Source: a virus
Taxonomy: Duplodnaviria; Caudoviricetes
Direction: 5' to 3' (one strand)
IMG/VR virus record: IMGVR_UViG_3300028886_000037
Location: 64,001 to 128,000 of that record
DNA: 64,000 nt
Shown: positions 18,894-28,900 of the stretch, piece by piece
Layout: every line of letters begins with the position of its first letter
Numbering within the stretch: the stretch's first letter is position 1
The notes under the pieces: generated by a model
What the model was told of the DNA's origin: nothing
Databases searched by the model: none
Seen by the model: only the letters and a program-made list of their open reading frames with translations
Made by a program: the position numbers and the translations under genes

Positions 18894-20102
18894 TTAGATT
18901 TTCTCCAAGATCTTGAACTTCAGAGACCAAGATCTGTCAGATTCGTGAAATTCTCTGTCTATGAACGAGACGACGAGCCTCTCGTCGTCATTTCCAAATA
19001 TAATGACCCAGCGGTCTCCGTCCTTTTTGAGCTTTGCGCTCTTCGACGGATTCGTGTTCATAGCTTCTCGGATGAAAGCATCGCCTACGCCCATCTCGAC
19101 AGCTCTGAACTGATTTGACATGACTATGTGATTATAGCCCTTAGAATCGCCAGAAAGGCGCTTTCTGTAGTCTCCAAGGATGTAGTGGAGTAACACATAG
19201 GTGTTTCTAATATCGGCCCTTAAAACGTGATTTACGGCCGCTACGAGCACATCTGCGTATGTCGGCTTAGCGATACGGGTACACCACTTAGATATGACCT
19301 CTTCGACGATATTGTCTGTTCCGTGTTCGATAAAGCCAGTCTCTGTGAGAATGTCGTTGAGAAACGCACGGAACGTCGTGTTGCACAAGAAGATCTTCTG
19401 GTCGCCCTCTACTACGCTCTTCAGCGAGATGCGGCACTTTGGCGACAGCTGGACGTCTGCTCTATCCTTGTAGATGCCGTTCTTGTCTAGCTTGTCGTAT
19501 CCGAGCCACTTCTTGTGCTCTATCGGAGAGTTCAAGTCCCACTGTTTCTTGATGTAGAGATTGTGAATGTTGATGATCTCTCGACGCTTTCCGAGAACAT
19601 ATCCGTTCTTCTGCTCTAGCTGATTGAGAAGATTAGTGATGACGTCTCTCGACTTTCCCTGATTCCTGAGAATCTTCGTGATGGTCTTCTTAGCCAGTGC
19701 GCTGAGCTGCCCGTCTCTCGCGAACATTCCGTCTACGCCAGTCTCCAGCATGACCATCGGAAGCAGCTCTGTGATCATAGCGTTGAAGTTCGACGAGATC
19801 TTGACGCTCGGCTTCATGTAGATCTTCATGATAGGCTTAGCGCCATCCATCACTTCAAGACGTCCGACCGTGCTGCCAGGAGCGTTCTCGCGATACTTGA
19901 TCTTGTAGTCAGTTCCGTCGACTTCGAGTCCGTCAAGCTCACGCATCAGAGATTCTCTGTCTTCGTTGAAGACATAGTATCGGGTCGTCTTAGTGTTTCT
20001 GTTGGAGATGTCGTCGCCTAAGCCGTTGATAGAAGCGATCTTGCGCAGAAAGTCTTCCAGCGGATCTCCGCTTGACATGTTCTTGAGAGATAATCTTGAC
20101 AT
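18894..20102 (-). CDS. Hypothetical protein, possible restriction-endonuclease fold
   Basis: 402 aa; ITE...RADVQL....ISLK resembles PD-(D/E)XK variants. Confidence 0.45.
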   Translation of the reverse strand: MSRLSLKNMSSGDPLEDFLRKIASINGLGDDISNRNTKTTRYYVFNEDRESLMRELDGLEVDGTDYKIKYRENAPGSTVGRLEVMDGAKPIMKIYMKPSVKISSNFNAMITELLPMVMLETGVDGMFARDGQLSALAKKTITKILRNQGKSRDVITNLLNQLEQKNGYVLGKRREIINIHNLYIKKQWDLNSPIEHKKWLGYDKLDKNGIYKDRADVQLSPKCRISLKSVVEGDQKIFLCNTTFRAFLNDILTETGFIEHGTDNIVEEVISKWCTRIAKPTYADVLVAAVNHVLRADIRNTYVLLHYILGDYRKRLSGDSKGYNHIVMSNQFRAVEMGVGDAFIREAMNTNPSKSAKLKKDGDRWVIIFGNDDERLVVSFIDREFHESDRSWSLKFKILEKI

Positions 20103-20140
20103 GTAAAGAATCTTTTACTGAACTTATTGACAAATTACGG

Positions 20141-20169
20141 TTTACAAACACCGCCAAAATGCCTATATT
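20141..20169 (+). promoter_or_regulatory. Early promoter (TTTACA-N17-TATATT)
   Basis: Repeated consensus. Confidence 0.7.
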
Positions 20170-20225
20170 CTATTTACAACCCGATAGAGGGTTGGCCAAT
20201 TAGATCTAAACAAAAGGAACAACAC

Positions 20226-20498
20226 ATGAAGAAATTCGAATCTTCTCCCCTCTATGTCTATCACACAAAGAAGAAAATGGCTGCTCGCGGCTTGAGCAAG
20301 CAGAGCCAGAACCGCTGGTACATCCAGTTCACCGATGGATCCAAGATGCAGGTCACTCCGGGCCTGAACGCTAAGGTCATCTCCGAAGCCGACTACAAGT
20401 GGATCGCTGGCGCTGAATCCAAGAAGTGGAAGCGCAACAAGACTCAGTGGGACAAGTACCAGATCTCTCGCGCACAGAAGATCGTCGCAGCGCTCTAG
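20226..20498 (+). CDS. Small basic early protein
   Basis: AAGGA RBS before MKKFES; early promoter upstream. Confidence 0.65.
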   Translation: MKKFESSPLYVYHTKKKMAARGLSKQSQNRWYIQFTDGSKMQVTPGLNAKVISEADYKWIAGAESKKWKRNKTQWDKYQISRAQKIVAAL

Positions 20499-20527
20499 AT
20501 TTTGTCAAATCGTAAGTTGGACAAAAA

Positions 20528-20560
20528 AGAAAGAGAGGAATTTTACTTCCTCTCTTTCTG
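20528..20560. terminator. Bidirectional terminator
   Basis: gaaagagaggaa-ttttac-ttcctctctttc between convergent genes. Confidence 0.65.
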
Positions 20561-20581
20561 AATGTTTGGTCAGCTTGTCGA

Positions 20582-20944
20582 TTAAGCCAAGTGGCTGTCG
20601 CCCTGATCGATTCCGACGTACTCGGAACGACCAGAAGTCTCGATCTTCGGGAACTGCTTGTGGACGATGTCCGAAGTAGCCTTGTCGTAGCCGCTGGTGT
20701 AGAGTGCGGAAGTGACCATGCCGCTCGATGCCGAGTAGCGAGGATCGTCCGGATTTCCAACCCATGCAGACTGCGGGAGGTTGAGCTTGAACGTGTCCTG
20801 AACATCTAGCCATCCGTGCGGAGCGTTATCCGGGCTGAACTGGGTGTAGATGCCATCGATGTAGCTGCTGGCGACGAATGCGCTATCTGGGATAGCGTGG
20901 TCGTTACCAATGTGATACTGTGACTTAGAAGGTAGTTTGTACAT
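20582..20944 (-). CDS. Hypothetical protein downstream of the major capsid gene (possible head decoration)
   Basis: AGGAG RBS; apparently co-transcribed with gp23. Confidence 0.55.
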   Translation of the reverse strand: MYKLPSKSQYHIGNDHAIPDSAFVASSYIDGIYTQFSPDNAPHGWLDVQDTFKLNLPQSAWVGNPDDPRYSASSGMVTSALYTSGYDKATSDIVHKQFPKIETSGRSEYVGIDQGDSHLA

Positions 20945-20981
20945 TGTCAAAATTCTCCTTTTGTGTTAAATTTCACTCTGA

Positions 20982-22331
20982 TTACCAAGTGCCTTCGTCG
21001 TTAGTATCGAAACCAACCTTAGCAGCAAGTCCTTCGAATCTGAGAAGTCTGTAGTAGTTCTCAGCGCCGAGCATGTTGTCGGCGAAGGCGTATCTGCTCA
21101 TCACGCCAACTCTCGGAGAGAAGTCGCGAGGATCAGTAGCCTGAAGTGTCAAGCTGGTGATGTACGGGCAGTATACCACACCGCAGTTAGAGAGGCCTTC
21201 GCCCTTGTATGCGATGAGTGCTTCACCGTTATCGATACCGGTCATCGGGTCAACAGCGTTGTTGTCGATGAAGACCTTGATGTTTCCGTTTAGAGTACCT
21301 GCAGCTGCGGTTGCAGAGCTACCGTTGACGTTGGTAACGATCTTGCTGAAGTTCGGAGCCGCGATCTGCAGAGCAGTAGCGATATCCGGGCTTACTACAG
21401 CAATGTTACCAGAGCTGGTACGAGTGCTGGTACGGATGTTGTTCGAAGCGCCAATGAGCTTAGCGACGATGTTTGCGAGTCTTTCCTGAGACCAACGGCC
21501 ATTCCAACCGTCACCGAATCCGCCCTGGTTAGAAGCATTTGCGCCAACCGTAGAATCCGGAGTTCCCTGTGCGAACTTGTAGGTCTTCGGGGTGCAGAGT
21601 GCCTTACAGTGAGCGATAGTCTCACGGTCGATTTCCTGAACGAGCTCTTCCTGACAGGTCTTGATCATCTCGCTCATCATGTCGAGGTGCTGCATAGACT
21701 CGATGTCCTGAGCAGACTCGATAGAGAAGCTAGATCCAACCTTACGGGTCTTAGCTGCCACGACCTGCGTAGCGAGCATGAGTCCGAGTTCCGGCCACTT
21801 CTCAAACTTGTTAGCGTCTCCGCCGAGCTTCCAGCGTTCTGCAGCTTCAGTCTCGACTGCGGTACCTGCGTCCGGAGCGCCCTGGGTGTTAGCAGTAGAG
21901 CCAGTGAAGCCAGAGAAGCGAGCGACGTGCTTCCAAGCTGCTTCGATGATTTCTTGTGGGTTAGAGGTCTTGTAGATTCTGCGGACTGCGCAGGCTAGAG
22001 ACACCGGACCAGCCATCGGCTGAACACCGACGAGTACGTTTGCGAACATTTCCGGGAATGCTCTACGGACGATAGCCATAGAGATGTTCGGAAGAACGCC
22101 CTTACCCGGGCCACCATGCGGAATGCCCTGGTTGAGACCAGTAGCACCAGCAACGCCCATGCTGAAGTCTTCGTCAAGTCTCATGCCCTTCTTGACCCAG
22201 CGGTCCTGGTTTTCAAGCAACTTTGCAGTGTTAGCACGAATATACTTGTCCTGAATAGATGCAACAGAGAGTGCATTTGGCTTTTCGCTCCATGCCTCAG
22301 TGATTGTCTTCTGTGAATTTAGGATTTTCAT
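20982..22331 (-). CDS. gp23: Major capsid protein, T4 gp23-like
   Basis: LLENQ, VRRAFP..A..LVGVQPM.GP, AKTRK...S.ESAQD, EIDRE, YCPY, DPRDFSPRVGVMSRY. Confidence 0.95.
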   Translation of the reverse strand: MKILNSQKTITEAWSEKPNALSVASIQDKYIRANTAKLLENQDRWVKKGMRLDEDFSMGVAGATGLNQGIPHGGPGKGVLPNISMAIVRRAFPEMFANVLVGVQPMAGPVSLACAVRRIYKTSNPQEIIEAAWKHVARFSGFTGSTANTQGAPDAGTAVETEAAERWKLGGDANKFEKWPELGLMLATQVVAAKTRKVGSSFSIESAQDIESMQHLDMMSEMIKTCQEELVQEIDRETIAHCKALCTPKTYKFAQGTPDSTVGANASNQGGFGDGWNGRWSQERLANIVAKLIGASNNIRTSTRTSSGNIAVVSPDIATALQIAAPNFSKIVTNVNGSSATAAAGTLNGNIKVFIDNNAVDPMTGIDNGEALIAYKGEGLSNCGVVYCPYITSLTLQATDPRDFSPRVGVMSRYAFADNMLGAENYYRLLRFEGLAAKVGFDTNDEGTW

Positions 22332-22361
22332 TCTCTTTTACTCCTTGAAAATTCTTATTCC

Positions 22362-23378
22362 TTACAGCTCGCAGTACTTAGCCACTGAGGTGAGGTACTC
22401 GTCGCTGCTTTCGTCCAAGCGTCTGGACTCTTTGTGTGATTTGATACGTTCGTTTACGAAGTCTGGAGTGTTGTCCTCAGAATAGGACTTCACGAAAGAC
22501 TTAGGTCTTGGTCTCGTGGATTCCGCGACGATGCTCTTCGGAGCAGTCATCTGAACCTTGCTCTCACGAATGGCCTGTTCTCTTGCCTCTTCGATTCTCT
22601 TTGCAGACTCCTTGAGCATGTTGCAGTAAGAATCGATGTCTGCCTTCGTAGTAGCGAAAGACTTCTCAGCGAAGAACTTTCTCACGTTAGCTCTGTCAGC
22701 AGCTGATAGATCGGAGACCTTCTCTGCGATGAGAGCGCGCTTAGCGTACTTCTCAGACATGTTAGTGAGGTTCATGTTCTCTTGGATCTGAGCAGCGAGA
22801 GTCTCTTCGAGTTCGGCAGCGTGTGCCTGAGCTTCCTTGAGCTTCTTCTGGCCAGATGTGTTGAGAGGAACAAACTGTTCTTGATAGAGGTTCTGGATTC
22901 CCTTGATGATGGGTGAGAAAGTCTCGTTGACAGCTGCATTCTTGATGAGATCAGGAGAGATGTTCTCGTTGATAGCATAGTCAAGATAGTCGTCAAGCTG
23001 CGCGAGGATAGACTCTTCCATCGTAGCCAATTCCTTTTCGTATTTTTCCGCGAAAGCCTTCTCGAAATTCTCGTCGATGTACTTAGCGCAAGCATCTTCG
23101 ATCTCTTTCTTCTGTTCGTCGAGCTTGAGTGCAGCGTTCTTAGCGATTGTTGCAGTCTTGATCTCGAGATACTTCTCGGAGAGAGTCTCTAGTTCAGCAG
23201 TCTTCTCGGCTACCTTCTTGTCGACTTCTCTTGCGATGTATTCTTCTGCTTTCTCGGAAATAAGATTGGTTTCAGCTTTAACTCTAGCGTCAACAGCTTC
23301 ATCAAAAGATTCCTTGACGGTTGCCAAGTCCTCTTCTGATACGCCTAGCGCCTTGAGCTTTTCTGCGATTTTATCCAT
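22362..23378 (-). CDS. gp22: Prohead core scaffolding protein, T4 gp22-like
   Basis: Coiled-coil, E/K-rich, LDDYLDYAINE; immediately upstream of gp23. Confidence 0.75.
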   Translation of the reverse strand: MDKIAEKLKALGVSEEDLATVKESFDEAVDARVKAETNLISEKAEEYIAREVDKKVAEKTAELETLSEKYLEIKTATIAKNAALKLDEQKKEIEDACAKYIDENFEKAFAEKYEKELATMEESILAQLDDYLDYAINENISPDLIKNAAVNETFSPIIKGIQNLYQEQFVPLNTSGQKKLKEAQAHAAELEETLAAQIQENMNLTNMSEKYAKRALIAEKVSDLSAADRANVRKFFAEKSFATTKADIDSYCNMLKESAKRIEEAREQAIRESKVQMTAPKSIVAESTRPRPKSFVKSYSEDNTPDFVNERIKSHKESRRLDESSDEYLTSVAKYCEL

Positions 23379-23488
23379 TTATTTCCTCCGGCTTATGATT
23401 TATATATCATTGCGTTTTTGTGAAAAATTTGCTTTTTTGAGAAAAAGTTAACATTTTATTAACTTTTTCTCTTTATTTATCTGAAAAA

Positions 23489-24247
23489 TCAGAACTTAGA
23501 AGCCAAATCACGCATCGTGTCGACTTCTCCAGCGTTCTTAGAAGCGTCAATCTTCTTCTGATTCTGGATGTCGAGGATAGCCTGCTTGATCTTCATCTTG
23601 AAGTAGTTCTTCGTATTGTCGTCAGTCTGGAACAGAGCTCTGTTGACGATGTCAGAGAAGGACTGGTAGTCGTGGATCTCTTGGAAGTCCTGCGGGATGA
23701 GCTTCTTTCCGTTAGCGATCACTTCGAGGACGTTCTTCGCGTCATCGATCTCTGCAAGGTTGACGTCTGTAGAGTTGATAGCGTCGTTTACGCCCTTCAG
23801 AACGCCCTCGACGTCGTAGATCATTCCTCCGGGAGGATTTCCCTCTGCTGCGCTTCCTTCGCCGCTAGCTCCAGTGAAGTCTGGATCATCTTCACGATCT
23901 GCGAAGCGATTGTCTGTTGCTTCGGTCTCGTCGCCGAGCTCGCCAGTGTCTCCACCGGGACCGCCGCCTGGACCACCAGCTGGACCTCCGCCGATGTCTC
24001 CTCCGAGATCACCGCCAGCGTCACCGCCTAGATCTCCACCACCGTCATCAGAGAAGTCTCCTCCACCGAGGTCGCCATCTCCGCCGTCACCACTGTCATC
24101 ATCGCCGCCGCCGTCGAGATCCTCTGGCGGATTGTCGTCCTTTGGCGCGTCATCGTCTGGACCGGCTTCCTTTAGCAATTTCAGAAAGTCGACTGGAGCT
24201 ACCTGCTCATTCACGAATTTTCTGATAGATTCCAAATTCATTTCCAT
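23489..24247 (-). CDS. Acidic Gly/Asp-rich protein, possible head core protein
   Basis: Low-complexity GGD repeats; near the scaffold gene. Confidence 0.5.
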   Translation of the reverse strand: MEMNLESIRKFVNEQVAPVDFLKLLKEAGPDDDAPKDDNPPEDLDGGGDDDSGDGGDGDLGGGDFSDDGGGDLGGDAGGDLGGDIGGGPAGGPGGGPGGDTGELGDETEATDNRFADREDDPDFTGASGEGSAAEGNPPGGMIYDVEGVLKGVNDAINSTDVNLAEIDDAKNVLEVIANGKKLIPQDFQEIHDYQSFSDIVNRALFQTDDNTKNYFKMKIKQAILDIQNQKKIDASKNAGEVDTMRDLASKF

Positions 24248-24248
24248 G

Positions 24249-24572
24249 TTAAAGCTCCTGATTCTCTAGTGCCTCTTCCAAGTTCTTCTTGGACAGCTTG
24301 AAAGTGTTTGCGCAGACTAAGTAGTCGTAGATTCGACGATTGAGCTTAGCGTCGCAATTCTCGTTCAGGATCAACGTCATTATGCGTTTCTTGTCCTTGT
24401 TCTTTATCGCTTCGGCTATGATGTCGAAGGTACGCGAGTACATGTCGTATAGCACATCGTAGTCCGACAGATCATTTCTGTTGCACAGACTAGCGATCAG
24501 CTTACGAAGGAACTCGTCCTTCTTGCTGATGCGGTAAAAGATCGAGAACTTTGTGTAAAGAGGTCTACTCAT
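24249..24572 (-). CDS. Hypothetical protein
   Basis: 107-aa ORF in an operon. Confidence 0.55.
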   Translation of the reverse strand: MSRPLYTKFSIFYRISKKDEFLRKLIASLCNRNDLSDYDVLYDMYSRTFDIIAEAIKNKDKKRIMTLILNENCDAKLNRRIYDYLVCANTFKLSKKNLEEALENQEL

Positions 24573-24598
24573 GATTTCTATTGTTATTTATTTCCGAG

Positions 24599-25339
24599 TT
24601 ACGTCAGATCGAATTTCGGCAGATCTTCCATCGAGACTTTCTGCTGCGGAGGAAGAACTTTCTTGACCATCTTGAGAATCTCGTCAGATGCGAAGCAGAG
24701 ATTGTTCTGGATGTAAGTGTTTCCACCTCCCTGGCCAGCAGCTGCTGCTTCTTGCTGCTCTTTGATGACGTCCTGCTTGATGTTGCCGTTGCCCTTGTCC
24801 TCGACGACCTTGTAGTCGGTGACCATCTGGTCGATCTTAGCGAGTCTCATCACGTTGTCGGCGACCACTTTAGACAGAGTAGCGTAAGTGTCGAACAGGT
24901 GAGGATTCGTGCCTATCTTCAACTGAGACTCGATCACTTCCATCACTGTCCTGTTGTCGGAGATCAGAGACTTGAGCTGAGCTTTCATGTATGCCTTGTC
25001 TTCAAGGTCATAGCGCTGAGTCATGGTCTTGAGCTTGACTTCGGCTTCTAGCTTGACGATCTCTTTGTTGTCTTCTTGCGCTTTCTTCTTCAAGTCGGCA
25101 ACCGATGGACCATGTCCACCGTTCTCGTCTTCCTCGTCTTCGTCTGGAACTGCATGCACTAGTTCTCCCGTCTCCTCTTCAAGGAAACTCATAGGATCTT
25201 GCGCAACTGGCTCTTCAGGCTCAACTGCGGCTACTTCTTCGACTGGATCGGGAAGTATAGGTTTAGCTTTTTCGTCGGCTCTTCTGTCTTGGATGTCGAA
25301 TTCACGGCAGAGAGCGTCAATTGATGTCTCGATGCTCAT
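24599..25339 (-). CDS. gp16: Terminase small subunit, T4 gp16-like, with an acidic N-terminal extension
   Basis: DLEDKAY...PHLFDTYATL...L.KI...IQNN..F..DEIL parallels gp16. Confidence 0.6.
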   Translation of the reverse strand: MSIETSIDALCREFDIQDRRADEKAKPILPDPVEEVAAVEPEEPVAQDPMSFLEEETGELVHAVPDEDEEDENGGHGPSVADLKKKAQEDNKEIVKLEAEVKLKTMTQRYDLEDKAYMKAQLKSLISDNRTVMEVIESQLKIGTNPHLFDTYATLSKVVADNVMRLAKIDQMVTDYKVVEDKGNGNIKQDVIKEQQEAAAAGQGGGNTYIQNNLCFASDEILKMVKKVLPPQQKVSMEDLPKFDLT

Positions 25340-25389
25340 AGTTGACCACGCTGGTTAGTTATGAGATATTTATCGAGAAAAACGTAAAA

Positions 25390-25413
25390 GGCTCGGGATA
25401 TTTCACCCGAGCC
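25390..25413 (-). terminator. Intrinsic terminator
   Basis: ggctcggg-atatttca-cccgagcc with an A-run on the + strand. Confidence 0.6.
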
Positions 25414-25440
25414 TGATTCTAGGTTATTATGAAAAAAATG

Positions 25441-26928
25441 CTATTCTTGGACTTTGAGCATTCTCGGCTTGAAGAACTCCTTCAGTGAGTCAAGCTTTCT
25501 CGCCACGACCTTGTCGATGTCGTTCTTGTCCTTGTTGACGCGCTGCAGCTCTTGATCGAGTGCGCCGAACTCGAGGCGCATCTTCTGCATGTCGGTCTTC
25601 TTGATGGATCCGATCTTAAGATCGAGAATGTACTCAGCGCCCTCTTTCGCTCTCGGATGGCCCATGAGATACGGCAGATTGTTCATCAAGTGAGACACAG
25701 CGTCATCGGCGTTCAGAGCAGCCTGAATGACCTTCAGATTCTCTGCGGCGCACATACGGCACTCGACATGGAACATCTTGTCGTCGATCTCTTTTGCTCG
25801 AATATCGAGCAGCTTACCCTCTTGCTCTCTTCTCCAGTCGAGCCAGATCTTCATGTACTCAATGAAGGACTTCTGAAGGAGAACAGTGTCTACATCTCTC
25901 AGCTCTGGATTCTTGCTCTTCTGACGGTCAAGCGCGTAGTACTGGACGTTCTGCACGCAGATCAGATTCTTGTGGATCTTGCTCTCGAACGTGTCTTCTC
26001 CCTGATATACGACCTGGAAGTTGCAGACGTTCTCCTTAGTGGAAGCGTCGTTAGCGTCAAGCACGTACTTCTCAGACATGAGCTTGATCATAGCGTTCTG
26101 GAACTTCGACGGCTTGAAGCCAGGGCAGTACCCAGTGACCGTGAGCAGATATTTGTCTCTGCCCTGCGGAGTGATCGTGTAGTCGCACTCGTAAGAGACC
26201 TTTCCCGTGCCAGTTTCGTAAATTTCTTTTAACTCTTCTTTGGAAGTGAGCAGCTTACCGCCATAGACGGAGTCGGGGCCGTGGAAGACTTTGAACAGAT
26301 CTTCCATCTTCGTCTTCTCGCCCTTCTTTAGCACGATCTTGAGGGCGTCTACGATCTCTTCGAGGTTGTGGTCAAGCGTCTCTAGACGAACAGCCACGCC
26401 GATGCCTGTTCCGCCGTTGACGAAGAACATCGGAAAGTCCATCGGAATGTCGATTGGCTCCATGTACTCGCCAGAGAAGTTAGGAACTTCGTCAGCGACT
26501 TCGTAGCTCTCGAAGCATCTCTGTCCGAGCTTGCTGAAACGGCACTCTGTGTATCTAGGAGCTGCTGGCTCGTCATCGAGACTTCCCCAGTTTCCCTGTC
26601 CCTGAACAAGACTGTAAGTCTGATTCACTAGACCGCCAAGTGCGCCATAAGCTTCAGAGTGCGGGTGATACTTGCCCATGCAGTCGCCAGTGACTCTAGC
26701 AGACTTCACAGTCGGAGCAGTGTTCCATGCCTTCAAGTCATACATAGCCTTCAGCAGACGACGCTGAGAGGGCTTCAATCCGTCTCTAATTGACGGAATC
26801 ATTCTGTCTTCGATGACAGACATGCCATACTCTTTGATGTTGAACTCCAACACCTTAGAGACTTCGGACTCGGTTAGCTGATTTGTGGACTCTTCTTTAG
26901 TTTTGAGAAATTTGCTTTTCTTGCTCAT
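25441..26928 (-). CDS. Type IIA topoisomerase A subunit (GyrA/ParC/gp52-like, no C-terminal pinwheel)
   Basis: DGLKPSQRR, KSARV.G..MGKYHPH, GQGNWGS, AAPRYTE catalytic Tyr. Confidence 0.92.
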   Translation of the reverse strand: MSKKSKFLKTKEESTNQLTESEVSKVLEFNIKEYGMSVIEDRMIPSIRDGLKPSQRRLLKAMYDLKAWNTAPTVKSARVTGDCMGKYHPHSEAYGALGGLVNQTYSLVQGQGNWGSLDDEPAAPRYTECRFSKLGQRCFESYEVADEVPNFSGEYMEPIDIPMDFPMFFVNGGTGIGVAVRLETLDHNLEEIVDALKIVLKKGEKTKMEDLFKVFHGPDSVYGGKLLTSKEELKEIYETGTGKVSYECDYTITPQGRDKYLLTVTGYCPGFKPSKFQNAMIKLMSEKYVLDANDASTKENVCNFQVVYQGEDTFESKIHKNLICVQNVQYYALDRQKSKNPELRDVDTVLLQKSFIEYMKIWLDWRREQEGKLLDIRAKEIDDKMFHVECRMCAAENLKVIQAALNADDAVSHLMNNLPYLMGHPRAKEGAEYILDLKIGSIKKTDMQKMRLEFGALDQELQRVNKDKNDIDKVVARKLDSLKEFFKPRMLKVQE

Positions 26929-26949
26929 AACAGTTGAAATTTAGTAAAT

Positions 26950-27402
26950 TTACAGGCTTATGACTTTCTGTTGGATCAGGTAGCGCAGATATGCGTAGAT
27001 GTGTTTGCAGAATGTAGGGATCTGTGCTTTATTTACGACTCTGTTCGGGATAGTAGAGTTTCCTGGCACTCTACCAGCGTAGTTCTTGTTCTTGTAGAGC
27101 GGATATGCGACATTGTAGCGGAACGCGTCACATGAGCACTTCACTTCGACCATCGCGTTGATGTCCCACGGATCTTCCAAGTTCTGCTTGTGGAACTGGA
27201 CAAAGACTTTGTAGGGAGTGCTCTGCGAGTGAGCTTCCACGAGTCCAGAGCACGTCATCGTCAGAGTGTCCTTGCCCTTAGAGGTCGAGTTCACAATGCG
27301 GACGTTCTTGTAGTCTGAGTAAGGGAAGACTTTCTTGAAGTTATCCCTTAGCTGAATCAGGCTCTGTTTCTCGTTCAGGAATTCCAGGAATCTCAATTTC
27401 AT
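26950..27402 (-). CDS. SWIM-type zinc-finger protein
   Basis: VKCSCDAFRY...FCKHI; start at MKLRFLEFLNE. Confidence 0.65.
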   Translation of the reverse strand: MKLRFLEFLNEKQSLIQLRDNFKKVFPYSDYKNVRIVNSTSKGKDTLTMTCSGLVEAHSQSTPYKVFVQFHKQNLEDPWDINAMVEVKCSCDAFRYNVAYPLYKNKNYAGRVPGNSTIPNRVVNKAQIPTFCKHIYAYLRYLIQQKVISL

Positions 27403-28102
27403 CGTCGCTCCTAAATAGTGCATATTTGTTGATCGGGAATGTGTTTACGATTCTAGACCACTTGTCGAAGACATATACTCTAAGCTTGTCCATCTCTTTC
27501 CGGTCGAAGTCGCCAGCGGATGCGTGAACTACTGTGACTGGAATCGTGCAGACGCCGATCTTGTTTCGAAGAGCCTGAAGGCAGATGTCCACGTCGTAGA
27601 AGTGGTAGCTCTTGATGTTCTCGTCGAAACGGATCTTCTTGAAAGCGTCAGTGTGGATCCACATGCAGCATCCGTCCACTGTAGCTAGTCCGTCGTGGAA
27701 GCCTGGCCAGTCCTTCATCTCGTAGACTCTCTCTGGAACGACTGGCTTCTTGTCTGGTCCAAGGACCTTCTGGAGAATGTAGCCGCAGCCGTTGACTTCG
27801 CGGTCGGGGTACCACCAGTGCATGAGATAGTCTAGATTGAAAGTTCCGATGACTCCAGCGATTAGCTGGTCACGGCTGTAAGCCTGACGTAGTCTCGCCT
27901 GAACGATGTCTGGTTGAGTTCTGATCTCTGCGTCATCGTGAATGAAGCAGACCCAACCCTTGTAGTCTCCTATCATGTCGATGGCTCTGTTGTACTTCTT
28001 GCACATAGAGTCGCCGTAGGAGTTGTCGAGATACGTGATGTCGTTTACCGCATCATATTCTCTAGGATCTTTAGTTGGTACGAATGTCTTGATAGGAATC
28101 AC
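27341..28102 (-). CDS. Glycosyltransferase, GT-A/GT2-like
   Basis: KYNRAI, FIHDD, TVDG, FDE...HFYDVDICLQA. Confidence 0.75.
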   Translation of the reverse strand: MIPIKTFVPTKDPREYDAVNDITYLDNSYGDSMCKKYNRAIDMIGDYKGWVCFIHDDAEIRTQPDIVQARLRQAYSRDQLIAGVIGTFNLDYLMHWWYPDREVNGCGYILQKVLGPDKKPVVPERVYEMKDWPGFHDGLATVDGCCMWIHTDAFKKIRFDENIKSYHFYDVDICLQALRNKIGVCTIPVTVVHASAGDFDRKEMDKLRVYVFDKWSRIVNTFPINKYALFRSDDEIEIPGIPERETEPDSAKG

Positions 28103-28893
28103 AGATATAGCCCCAGTGTTTCTAAGCTTTTCTTATTTAGAGGAGAGACTCGCAGTGTAGGCCAGTCTCTCTGGCACTTAGCGTAGTTGTTCGACATGAT
28201 GTAGATTTTGCTGACTACGGGCTTCGTGACTTTCACAGTGTCGTCGTTCTTGTTCTGCTGAGTAGCGTGTGCCATCAACTCGACTCTGTAACGGTCCAAG
28301 AGATTCTTGGCGTTCTTGTAGATCAAGTCGGTGTAGAGCTTCTTAGCGTCATCAGTGCAAGAGGAGATGTAAGAGTCTCTGTCTGAGCTGCGGATCACAG
28401 TATCGAGGAATAGCTTCCAGTCAGTGCCGAGAGATGTTCTGACGGAGTCTGGCAGCTGCATTCCAGTCACTTCGAACCAAGTGTCTATAGCGTCCTGGCT
28501 CCATAGAGCTTTCTGGAACACAGTCTCCTTGAGTCCGCGAATCTCTTTCTTAAGCTCGTTCGAGTAAGTCCTGAAGTCTGTCCAAGTGCAGTCGTCCTTC
28601 GACTGGAGAACGTGATCAAGATAGTTGTCCTCGGAAGCCTTCAGACCTTCGATCTTGATGACGCAGTCAAAGCTGGTGACTGGACTATTGATGCTGTCGA
28701 ACAGAGTCTGGCCGTTCAGAGTTCCGCTGATCTCTGGGGATCTGTTGATCGTGTTGATCGTAGTGATCAGATCTTCGTACTTGCAGAGGACAAACGAGAA
28801 AATCGGCTTGCTGTTTATGCAAGATTTTAGAAGATCCTTCGATAGCGGAAGGGTCGTCGCATCTACATCATATATGAATCTGCTGTCTAGCAT
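28099..28893 (-). CDS. Hypothetical protein
   Basis: 264-aa ORF between two glycosyltransferase genes. Confidence 0.55.
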   Translation of the reverse strand: MLDSRFIYDVDATTLPLSKDLLKSCINSKPIFSFVLCKYEDLITTINTINRSPEISGTLNGQTLFDSINSPVTSFDCVIKIEGLKASEDNYLDHVLQSKDDCTWTDFRTYSNELKKEIRGLKETVFQKALWSQDAIDTWFEVTGMQLPDSVRTSLGTDWKLFLDTVIRSSDRDSYISSCTDDAKKLYTDLIYKNAKNLLDRYRVELMAHATQQNKNDDTVKVTKPVVSKIYIMSNNYAKCQRDWPTLRVSPLNKKSLETLGLYL

Positions 28894-28900
28894 ACGTTAT